Source: a bacterium
Lineage (GTDB): Bacteria; UBA10199; 2-02-FULL-50-16; JAJFLM01
Length of the DNA: 64,000 nt
NCBI GenBank assembly: GCA_965216315.1
Contig: CBDCFN010000016.1
Coordinates: forward strand, 1,946,181-2,010,180
Direction: 5' to 3'
Below, in pieces: positions 56,342 through 64,000 of this stretch. The translations under genes and the position numbers were made by a program. Within the stretch, counting starts at the first letter, position 1, and every line of letters begins with the position of its first letter. The notes under the pieces were generated by a model that was given only the letters and a program-made list of their open reading frames with translations, did no database searches and was not told the DNA's origin.

Positions 56342-56902
56342 CTACCCAACCCGTTTCAGCGTATTCTTATCGATATGATGAAACAGCTCCGGCTGCCCCT
56401 TGATCTGTAGTTGCGTATCCTCTTCATAACTAAAGCTGTCATCATCGTGAATCGTAATCTTTAGCTCATAGCGCACGGTCTTAAATTCTTTATCCAAGAA
56501 CTTATTCGAGCATATGCCGTAAGTTTCCGACCCGACCTCCGCACTCAGTTGAAAGGATTTGGCATCCGCCTCGACGGTCCCTCCGGCAATTACGGTCACT
56601 CCACGGGGTACCATGAAGCAACGTAGTACCTGCTTGGCTTCGGCATCCCAGAGCCAATATCCCAGTTCTTCATGAAACGGATCTTCCTCACCGACCGGCC
56701 AGGCCGTCGTTGCATAACGCAACCCATACAGCTGTTGTTCGTGATTATTAACGGCACCAATTGGAGTAAATGTCATCCGCTCGCGAAACTTGTTAGTCTC
56801 CGTCCCTCTCTCATCAGAAGGGGCCGTATCATCGCCCTTTTCACCTTCCCAGGTACCGGCCAATGTCGATAAAGGACCTAAATTAACTATATCTTCGTCC
56901 AT
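56342..56902 (-). CDS. Nitrobindin/THAP4-like heme-binding beta-barrel (DUF1794-like) protein
   Basis: The N-terminal LGPLSTLAGTWEGEKGDD pattern is typical of this family; 186 aa. Confidence 0.5.
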   Translation of the reverse strand: MDEDIVNLGPLSTLAGTWEGEKGDDTAPSDERGTETNKFRERMTFTPIGAVNNHEQQLYGLRYATTAWPVGEEDPFHEELGYWLWDAEAKQVLRCFMVPRGVTVIAGGTVEADAKSFQLSAEVGSETYGICSNKFLDKEFKTVRYELKITIHDDDSFSYEEDTQLQIKGQPELFHHIDKNTLKRVG

Positions 56903-56920
56903 AAATTCCCCCCTTTAACT

Positions 56921-57916
56921 TTAAGCGATAAAATAGTGCATCTCTTGGAGTAAGCCAATCTGTTCTTTGATGCTGAGTAAGAATTCTTCCCAATAGCGCC
57001 GCTCTCGATAATAAGGAAAGGCCCGTTGAAAAATAGCCTCTTCATAGCGCTGCCCAATCCAGGCCGCATGGCGAATCATGCGTAAGGTCCTGAGCGGCTC
57101 TGTCAAACGCAAAGTTTTTGGATCGAACTCACGAAATATCGAATACCCCTCAAAAAAAGCTTCTTGCTGGCGCCGCTTATCTTCCTCGCTCCCATTAAAG
57201 AGCATCCAAATATCTTGTACCGGCGGCGCCAGCACCATATCGTCAAAGTCGACGAGATGAAGGCCGTCTTGATTCCACAGTATATTACCCGGATGACAGT
57301 CTCCATGAAGGGTAATCGTTTCTAAATATTCATGGAAGCACGGGGTCACCAATTGCAGGGCTTGATCCAAATGGGCGGAAATACTTTCTCGCAGATCATC
57401 CGGCAGGAAGTTCTGGCGCAGGATAAAGTCCAGGCTATCCGCACCATAAGTCGTTGGATTGAGATGAAGTCGATGTTGCGAATGAAAGGCGGCACCGACA
57501 TTATGCAAGCGCCCTAAGGTGCGTCCGAGCCAGCGTCGATCATCATCCGAAATTTCAGCATGCTCGCGCCCCCGAAATTTAGGGTAAAAAGCGTAGTAGA
57601 AGCCATTGATCTCGCCCAAGGTCGAGACGACATCGAGCGGCTCACGCAGCATCAACGGCATGACAACCGGGATCTCAGCTGCATCCACTGCCTGCATAAA
57701 ACGGTGTTCTTCAGCAATTGCGGCCGCGGACCACCGCCCGGGTCGGTAGTACTTGCCGATGATTGAGTCCCCAGATTCTAAGGTAATATCGTAGACACGA
57801 TTCTCATAACTATTAAGCGGAAACAGGGCTCCTGTCGGCCGAAATCCTTGGGCTTCAGCCGCACGAAAACAAGTCTCCGGATCAAGCAACTCAAAACTAT
57901 CAAGGTTTGGAGACAT
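56921..57916 (-). CDS. srkA: Stress response kinase A (YihE/RdoA-type Ser/Thr protein kinase)
   Basis: LNSYENRVY, YRPGRWS, LHGDCHPGNILW and VQDIWMLFNG match E. coli SrkA motifs almost residue for residue. Confidence 0.9.
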   Translation of the reverse strand: MSPNLDSFELLDPETCFRAAEAQGFRPTGALFPLNSYENRVYDITLESGDSIIGKYYRPGRWSAAAIAEEHRFMQAVDAAEIPVVMPLMLREPLDVVSTLGEINGFYYAFYPKFRGREHAEISDDDRRWLGRTLGRLHNVGAAFHSQHRLHLNPTTYGADSLDFILRQNFLPDDLRESISAHLDQALQLVTPCFHEYLETITLHGDCHPGNILWNQDGLHLVDFDDMVLAPPVQDIWMLFNGSEEDKRRQQEAFFEGYSIFREFDPKTLRLTEPLRTLRMIRHAAWIGQRYEEAIFQRAFPYYRERRYWEEFLLSIKEQIGLLQEMHYFIA

Positions 57917-58113
57917 GGCTAGGCACCCGAGTAACCTGTTTACCGGGAAAAGCCAATCGCTTTTCGGACGAAAACCAATAGACTTCTGGTATCAGTTCTA
58001 TAAATAGGTTTCTCCATGGAAATGATTGTGAGCGAGCGTCGGATTAACTCCGCGCGAGAGAACCAAACAGGGAGTATGGGGGTGTTGGGCTCAGCACACA
58101 CCCCCATTTTCGA

Positions 58114-59961
58114 ATGATTCAAGCCATCGGCATCAGCAAACATTTCGGACATCATGTCCTCTTCGACAAGATTACTTTTTCTCTGACAAAGGGTGAGAAA
58201 GTAGGCCTAGTCGGCCGTAACGGCTCCGGTAAATCCACGCTCTTTAGAATTATCCTCGGCGAGCTCGCGCCTGATGAAGGAGAAATAAGCGTCCCAAAAG
58301 GCTATCGCATCGGAACCCTTCCCCAGCACATCCACTTTTCTAAAAATACTCTGTTGGAAGAAGGTTGCCTGGCTCTGAGTGAGGATGAGCAATGGGACCA
58401 TTATAAGGTAGAACGCATCCTCTCCGGCCTTGGATTTTCCGCGGAGGATTTCAATAAAAATCCAGACACATTTTCCGGGGGATTTCAGATTCGCATTAAT
58501 TTGGCCAAGGCCCTCGTCCAAAATCCTGACATGTTGCTTTTGGACGAACCGACCAACTACCTGGATATCGTCAGCCAACGTTGGCTCAAACAATACTTGG
58601 CCGCCTATCCCGGTGAAATCATTCTCATCACCCACGATCGACAATTCATGGACGGTGCCACAACGCATATTATGGGGCTTCATCGCGAACGTTTAAAAAA
58701 GATCAAGGGCAATACACTCAAATACTATACTCAGATCCAGGAGGAGGAAGAAAACTACGAGCGCACCCGCAAGAACCAAGCGCAAACCAAAAAACATTTA
58801 GAAAAATATATCAATCGCTTTCGCTCAAGCGCCCGCCGGGCCTCTCAAGCCCAGTCACGCGTCAAACAATTAGCCAAACTCGATGATTTAAAAGCTTTGA
58901 AACAAGAACGCAATCTGGAGTTTTCATTCAACCATACGCCCTGTCCCGGAAAAACAATCATGACCGCAAAAAATCTGCGTTTTGGTTATGACAAGGGGCC
59001 ATTACTGATCGATCACTTGTCATTTACAATTGGGCGAAACGATCGCATCGGCATCATCGGCAAAAATGGAAAAGGAAAGTCCACACTGCTTAATTTACTC
59101 GCAGGAGAATTGAAACCGATCAAAGGCACCATTACGTCACACCCAAGTTTGCAAATCGGTCACTTCGGGCAAACCAACGTCAATCGCCTGAATCCAGAAC
59201 TGACGGTGGCCCAGGAAGTTGCCGCCTCCAATTCGGAACTGACAATGGAACAGGCCCGCTCAATATGCGGGACGATGATGTTTGAGCAGGACTTGGCACT
59301 TAAAAAAATCCGCGTGCTTTCCGGCGGCGAGCGCAGCCGCGTCTTATTGGGTAAAATACTGGCCAACCGTTCTAACTTACTCCTACTCGATGAACCGACC
59401 AATCACTTAGACCAAGAATCGGTTGAAGGTCTTATCGACGGGCTCGAGGTCTTCGAAGGCGCGGTAGCGATCGTGACGCATAGTGAGATGATCCTCAGCC
59501 AACTCGTCAATAAGCTTGTCGTTTTTCACCGGGGCCATGTGGAATTTATCGAAGGGTCGTATGACTACTTTCTAGACAAATATGGCTGGGATGATGATGA
59601 AGAGGCGGTCGTACCGCCAAAAGCCGAAGAAATCACTATCAATAAAAAAGAGCTGCGCAAGCAGCGTTCTCAAATCATCAATCAGCGTTCTAAAATCTTA
59701 AACCCTTTAAAAAAGAAAATGGACAAACTAGAAAATGAAATCTCTGAACTGGAAAGCGCCTTAAAGGAAACAAATGATGCGCTTATTCAGGCCTCCAAAG
59801 AGAATAATGTGGATCAGTTTGTCATTCTCTCCAAGGCAAGCAAAGAACACCAAAAAACTATTGACAAGAACTACGTAAAGCTCGAAGAACTGACGGACAA
59901 ATATGAGAGAGAAAGCGCCTCTTTTGAAACCAAGCTAAGCGAAATGGAAGATATCAATTGA
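58114..59961 (+). CDS. ABC-F family ATPase (two ABC domains, C-terminal coiled coil)
   Basis: Two Walker A motifs (GRNGSGKST, GKNGKGKST), two signatures (FSGGFQIR, LSGGERSR), and no TM domain. Confidence 0.9.
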   Translation: MIQAIGISKHFGHHVLFDKITFSLTKGEKVGLVGRNGSGKSTLFRIILGELAPDEGEISVPKGYRIGTLPQHIHFSKNTLLEEGCLALSEDEQWDHYKVERILSGLGFSAEDFNKNPDTFSGGFQIRINLAKALVQNPDMLLLDEPTNYLDIVSQRWLKQYLAAYPGEIILITHDRQFMDGATTHIMGLHRERLKKIKGNTLKYYTQIQEEEENYERTRKNQAQTKKHLEKYINRFRSSARRASQAQSRVKQLAKLDDLKALKQERNLEFSFNHTPCPGKTIMTAKNLRFGYDKGPLLIDHLSFTIGRNDRIGIIGKNGKGKSTLLNLLAGELKPIKGTITSHPSLQIGHFGQTNVNRLNPELTVAQEVAASNSELTMEQARSICGTMMFEQDLALKKIRVLSGGERSRVLLGKILANRSNLLLLDEPTNHLDQESVEGLIDGLEVFEGAVAIVTHSEMILSQLVNKLVVFHRGHVEFIEGSYDYFLDKYGWDDDEEAVVPPKAEEITINKKELRKQRSQIINQRSKILNPLKKKMDKLENEISELESALKETNDALIQASKENNVDQFVILSKASKEHQKTIDKNYVKLEELTDKYERESASFETKLSEMEDIN

Positions 59962-60392
59962 TTAGCATAAGAAACCTGCTTACAAGTTGTTTATTAAGCC
60001 TTTTGCTAGTGGCGTGTGGCACTTTAGGCTCAAACTCCGCTGACCACGGCCACAATCCCGGAAATTTAACGATCTATTTCGAGGATAACGAATATACGGT
60101 CCCGATCGAGGCACAGTTGCATCTCATCGATATGGTCAGGTTTCTTGAACATCATCGTGATTCCTCTGTTGAAGTCTCCGGGCATACTCATCGGAAAAAG
60201 GGAAAGCGACGGAGCATAATGACTTCCAATAAGCTTGTCCAACTCGTCAGTGATCATTTACTGCGCCTCGGCATCAACCCGACCCGACTCCGTACGTCAG
60301 CCTCCAATGACTTGCCTTCGGCTCAAGAGGCGCCCCGCGTTGAAGTGAAATTAGTCAGAGCGGCAACCCTGTTGACTCCCGTAAACAGATAG
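59958..60392 (+). CDS. Lipoprotein with a weak OmpA_C-like domain
   Basis: Lipobox LLVACG; VEVSGHTH...LRLGINPTRL loosely fits the OmpA C-terminal pattern. Confidence 0.45.
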   Translation: MISIRNLLTSCLLSLLLVACGTLGSNSADHGHNPGNLTIYFEDNEYTVPIEAQLHLIDMVRFLEHHRDSSVEVSGHTHRKKGKRRSIMTSNKLVQLVSDHLLRLGINPTRLRTSASNDLPSAQEAPRVEVKLVRAATLLTPVNR

Positions 60393-60442
60393 TTTCACAG
60401 CTCCGAAACCCCACACTCTCGGAACGCCGATAAATACAGACT

Positions 60443-60772
60443 ATGAAACAGCTCAAACTATTTGCGCTTTTACTCACTTTCGCCTGCGCGGCGTGTACCG
60501 GCAGTACCACGCCAACTAACAGCAGCGACACTCCCAGCGACGTTGAAATCAGCGTTCCAAGTACCCCAACAGGTCAGGAGCCTGAAACATCAGCCGATCC
60601 TTCGGATTCGAATGTCGCAACCGAAGCAGGTGAAAACGAGAACGAAGACGCACCCAACAATCCAGATGGTGGCACGACTCAAGAAGAAAATGAAGCAGAA
60701 GAAACAGGCCTCTCAACGGCGCAAACCATGGCCGTTATCCAGCAGGTCCTATTTTCAAAACATATTAACTAG
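60443..60772 (+). CDS. Acidic lipoprotein
   Basis: Lipobox FACAAC; E/D/T/P-rich. Confidence 0.55.
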   Translation: MKQLKLFALLLTFACAACTGSTTPTNSSDTPSDVEISVPSTPTGQEPETSADPSDSNVATEAGENENEDAPNNPDGGTTQEENEAEETGLSTAQTMAVIQQVLFSKHIN

Positions 60773-60807
60773 CAATAAAATCACTTTATACCACTGGAGG
60801 TAATCCA

Positions 60808-61305
60808 ATGACAGGATTCAAAAAAATCATAGTGAGCATGGGCGCTCTGGCTCTCATGCTTTCAACCGTAACAAGCTGGGCGGCTCAACCGGGCAACGGA
60901 AACCTTCCCTCAAGCAATAACCCGGCTAATGAGGCAGCGAATGCCGCTAACATTGACTTGACAGTTCCAACAGGTTGCAAGGTCAAATCAATTGAAACTC
61001 CTGGTTTTGGTTCATTTATATGCGATAAAGGACCCGACGAAAATGGTATGAACCTCAATCCAGAACTTGAACTCGATAAAGATTCCAAGGCCAAAAACAT
61101 TCTGGTCAAGGTCAGTTGCGGTTCGGCGGAAAAATCCGTTTTAGTCGAATCAAAAGAATATTCTGATAACTGGAAGTTGATCTATAGCCAATTATTGGCC
61201 GCGCAACTCTCAGGGAATAAAATCAAGTTTGGCCTTGGCAACTTAGCAACTTGCGGCAATACAGATCTCGCAATTGCCAAGTCCGTCATTCTCCTGAATC
61301 AATAG
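60808..61305 (+). CDS. Secreted hypothetical protein
   Basis: GGAGG RBS, signal peptide ...STVTSWAAQ. Confidence 0.55.
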   Translation: MTGFKKIIVSMGALALMLSTVTSWAAQPGNGNLPSSNNPANEAANAANIDLTVPTGCKVKSIETPGFGSFICDKGPDENGMNLNPELELDKDSKAKNILVKVSCGSAEKSVLVESKEYSDNWKLIYSQLLAAQLSGNKIKFGLGNLATCGNTDLAIAKSVILLNQ

Positions 61306-61322
61306 CAATAGTCCTAGCATGC

Positions 61323-61356
61323 AAAAAAGGGCCTCACAGATGTGAGGCCCTTTTTA
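61323..61356 (+). terminator. Rho-independent terminator (bidirectional-looking)
   Basis: aaaaaaGGGCCTCACAgaTGTGAGGCCCttttt: a 10-bp GC-rich stem with a flanking A-run and T-run. Confidence 0.8.
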
Positions 61357-61372
61357 TTAAAGAAGCCATAAT

Positions 61373-62497
61373 ATGACAACAACAACAAGACCATCGACTC
61401 CCCTTCAGATTTTGAACGCCTATCACCGAATCGCGCGTTTTGAGGGTCTGACAGTCAAGGAACTAGCGAGTCGTCTACCGCAGACGATACCCCAGCGGCT
61501 ACGGCAATTCGTACTCACGAAAGTCGCTCAAATCGTCTCTTCTGATACAGCCGCGGGAACAAACTCAAAACGGATCGACCCCTGGGGCGAGGCCATGCAA
61601 GTGGCCGCATTGGTACAGAGCCACCTTAATAGATATCTCAATAAACCGATCCAGAAATATGATAATCCCGTTTACGTTCAAGAATTACGATTCGGCCGGC
61701 TGGAAGCAAAGCGGAATAAGATTTTAGCTAATTTTTCTATGCCCAGCACCAAGCATCCTGTTCTCAACGTCCTCCGCAGGCTACCCATCCGCTACATTGA
61801 TTCCTTACGAGGCATTCGTGTCTTTTATAACGCGGCTACAACGATTGAAAAAAAGCACCCTGATTTGATTAAAGACCGCAAACTAACGGTTCTCTACCCC
61901 GCCAGCGGAAGCCATCTGGCTCCGCTGATGACAGCAATCCGTTTAATAGATCGTAACAAGATCGATTCAGGTGAATTCACCTATACTGATATCGATAAAC
62001 AGCATATTAGTAAGATTGAGAGGCAACTGATGTTCCTCTTGAAGAATCGCGTGATCACTAACTATACGGTCCATTCAGCCAAAATATTTGGCAATAATGG
62101 CACTGAGCATCGCTATGAGTTTCAATATAAAGGAAAGAAAGTCTCAATTGTCCTGGCCCTCAACCGTAGTGGTAAGAGTTATTGGAGGCCTGAATATGCT
62201 CGTGGAGCAGATCTCGTGATACTCCATGACACTGAAGGAAAAAATGCAGAGCTCATCAAGCAACTTAGCAAAGAAAAAAGCAGCCATCGAGCCGCATCGC
62301 CGCAAGTCATTCTTACCGAGGGACGCGAAAGCGCTTCTAAACAGGTGAAAAAACCATCTCAATCTCATTACATCGAAATTCAGGGACAGTATGGCCACTG
62401 TGACGGATTTTTCACGACAGCAGCTCCGCGCGGCGGCGTTGAATTTAGTCGTTGTGCCTACACGAGCGGTCTGCTCTTTGAGAACAAACGTAAATAA
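61373..62497 (+). CDS. Hypothetical protein (374 aa)
   Basis: Long ORF; no confidently recognised domain. Confidence 0.5.
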   Translation: MTTTTRPSTPLQILNAYHRIARFEGLTVKELASRLPQTIPQRLRQFVLTKVAQIVSSDTAAGTNSKRIDPWGEAMQVAALVQSHLNRYLNKPIQKYDNPVYVQELRFGRLEAKRNKILANFSMPSTKHPVLNVLRRLPIRYIDSLRGIRVFYNAATTIEKKHPDLIKDRKLTVLYPASGSHLAPLMTAIRLIDRNKIDSGEFTYTDIDKQHISKIERQLMFLLKNRVITNYTVHSAKIFGNNGTEHRYEFQYKGKKVSIVLALNRSGKSYWRPEYARGADLVILHDTEGKNAELIKQLSKEKSSHRAASPQVILTEGRESASKQVKKPSQSHYIEIQGQYGHCDGFFTTAAPRGGVEFSRCAYTSGLLFENKRK

Positions 62498-63818
62498 TAT
62501 CAGCTGTCCAATGACTCCAAGAGCAGCTTACGAATAGGCTGTACCTGACTCGTTCGACATCAGACTCTTTTGAAAATCGAAATTTCTTTAACCGCTCAAC
62601 CGTATTCTTGTCGCCTCCTAGCCGCTGCAAAAAAGCATCCCATTCTTTTTTCTGGGCGGCTGTCAGCCTTTCGTACCACATGATGTATTGCAATAATTCC
62701 CAATCTTTCAACGCGATTTTCCCAAAACGCGCTTGTTGAAACTCACCGGCAGCCTCAATCCACGTCGCGTAAGCCAGTCTGGGCAACTTGTTTGTCGACA
62801 GAGTCATATTCCATGTCAGGCGTTGCTGTTTCGCATCCCACGCCCCGTTGCTTTCCAAAGGTTGTCGAGACGCTAAGAAAACAACCCTGAGTTCATCCCC
62901 TAAAATGAAGGATAAACCCAGCGCTAAGTCATCACCTATCTCTTCAAGCACATCTTCCGGTTCTGGGGCCTGCTCTTGACGCGTTTTTTTCCACTGCGCC
63001 TCTCTTTGTTTCCATTCGTCGGTCGTACGAATATAGGCTAGAATTGATTTTTCCAACTCCTTTGCGAAGAGCAGGTTGATCAATTCGGTAATCAGCGGGG
63101 ACTCCTTGTTCAGCTGCAGCTTGCGCGCAAGAACAACGCGAAGGACTCCCTGGAGTGCTTCTTTGCCTGTTTCGAGCGGCTTATCTTCCATCAAACGACT
63201 CAATTGCGGCCACTGCTGCGGCGGAAAATATTTGTGTTCCGCGAGATAGAGGACGGCGCGCGCTATACTTTCTTTGTCGGCCGACCAAAGATAGAGAATC
63301 AAGTTTTTCGCGTCTTCGCGCAATTCCTGCTTAATAAATTGATCGAGTTGCGACCACCCAGGTTTATCCCCTAGCTTGGAGCGCAACCAGCCCTTGATCA
63401 GGTCGACCAGCTCATCGACGGCTTTTTGTTGTTTCGCAATGGACCCGGCCATGTCGTCATTTCCGCGGAAACGTTCCATATAATAAGAAACCGATCCCAA
63501 GGAGGTATCATAGTGCCTCCAATAGCCCACCCCGCCTATATCATTCGGTGTGTCTTCCTTAAACTGGGCCTTGAGTTTAAATTTTTTTGGCTCCGCATTG
63601 GGGAGCTTTTGATGATACGCCGTCGCAATTCGTTCTAGCTCGGCCTTGTGCGGTGTTTTTAAGCTATATTGGCGCGTGAGGTGACTCTCCCGCCAAAACA
63701 CAAGTTGGCGGTCCAGAACTTCTCCCTGCGCTTTCATTTCAACTTCGTAGACGTTTCGCGAACAGGCGGCGCTCAGCGCCAGCAAAAACAGTAAAGTGAT
63801 CCATCGAAGTTTGGGCAT
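62445..63818 (-). CDS. Hypothetical lipoprotein/secreted protein (457 aa)
   Basis: N-terminal signal/lipobox LLALSAAC. Its 3' end overlaps the convergent gene by about 53 nt. Confidence 0.55.
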   Translation of the reverse strand: MPKLRWITLLFLLALSAACSRNVYEVEMKAQGEVLDRQLVFWRESHLTRQYSLKTPHKAELERIATAYHQKLPNAEPKKFKLKAQFKEDTPNDIGGVGYWRHYDTSLGSVSYYMERFRGNDDMAGSIAKQQKAVDELVDLIKGWLRSKLGDKPGWSQLDQFIKQELREDAKNLILYLWSADKESIARAVLYLAEHKYFPPQQWPQLSRLMEDKPLETGKEALQGVLRVVLARKLQLNKESPLITELINLLFAKELEKSILAYIRTTDEWKQREAQWKKTRQEQAPEPEDVLEEIGDDLALGLSFILGDELRVVFLASRQPLESNGAWDAKQQRLTWNMTLSTNKLPRLAYATWIEAAGEFQQARFGKIALKDWELLQYIMWYERLTAAQKKEWDAFLQRLGGDKNTVERLKKFRFSKESDVERVRYSLFVSCSWSHWTADIIYVCSQRADRSCRHND

Positions 63819-63889
63819 GGTAAGTTTCCTTGCTTGAGCTGCTTATTATGCTAGATTAGCCGCCTATTGACAGCAAAAAGAGGACGCTT

Positions 63890-64000
63890 ATGAAGCAAAA
63901 GTCGAGCGTAGGGGGATTTGACTCAATCTTTTATTCGTTAGGAGAAGCCAACCGAGTTGGCTGGTGGCGAATGTGGCGCGCCCTCTCCTCTCGCAATACC
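63890..64000 (+). CDS. Partial CDS (N-terminus only), possibly a YdeP/FdhF-family molybdopterin oxidoreductase
   Basis: AAAGAGGA RBS plus ATG. MKQKSSVGGFDSIFYSLGEANRVGWW... loosely resembles YdeP-type N-termini. Only 37 codons are visible. Confidence 0.3.
   Translation, partial: MKQKSSVGGFDSIFYSLGEANRVGWWRMWRALSSRNT

Overview
Bacterial chromosomal window. It may come from a Myxococcota- or Bdellovibrionota-like lineage, but this rests only on the Myxococcus-type cysteine-rich repeats in one giant gene. Layout: (1) 1-11.3 kb is a canonical division/cell-wall (dcw) cluster, murD'-ftsW-murG-murC-murB-ddl-ftsQ-ftsA-ftsZ, followed by an MltD-like LysM transglycosylase. (2) 11.3-20.7 kb holds two divergently transcribed giant orphan genes: a 901-aa protein with a HAD-phosphatase core and membrane segments, and a 2134-aa protein. 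(3) 20.7-26.3 kb holds small membrane and housekeeping genes. (4) 26.4-31.7 kb is a glucosylglycerol-type compatible-solute cluster (GH13_18 phosphorylase, Na+/solute symporter, fused HAD-phosphatase/GT20 synthase). (5) 32-34.2 kb holds orphan genes. (6) ssrA (tmRNA) lies at 34785-35141, with a duplicated 5' fragment upstream. (7) The most interesting part is a ~9.4 kb visibly AT-rich island inserted at the ssrA 3' end (35142-~44598). It carries a frameshifted large serine recombinase whose ORF runs antisense into ssrA. It has a perfect 76-bp inverted repeat flanking the recombinase. A second ~158-bp inverted repeat pair contains tRNA/tmRNA-like acceptor/T-arm modules and brackets a two-gene cargo: a 1384-aa NACHT/STAND-like NTPase and a single-TM coiled-coil protein. 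A translationally coupled GHKL-ATPase + STAS-like (DUF4325-like) pair follows. The island ends in a decayed ssrA 3' repeat and a recombinase remnant. These cargo modules are my best candidates for an undescribed defence or regulatory system. (8) 44.7-51 kb is a 2102-aa secreted Cys-rich-repeat protein. (9) 51-64 kb holds patatin, several acidic lipoproteins, srkA, an ABC-F ATPase and hypotheticals. I saw no CRISPR array, rRNA or canonical tRNA. All domain calls come from motif recognition by eye, without database searches.
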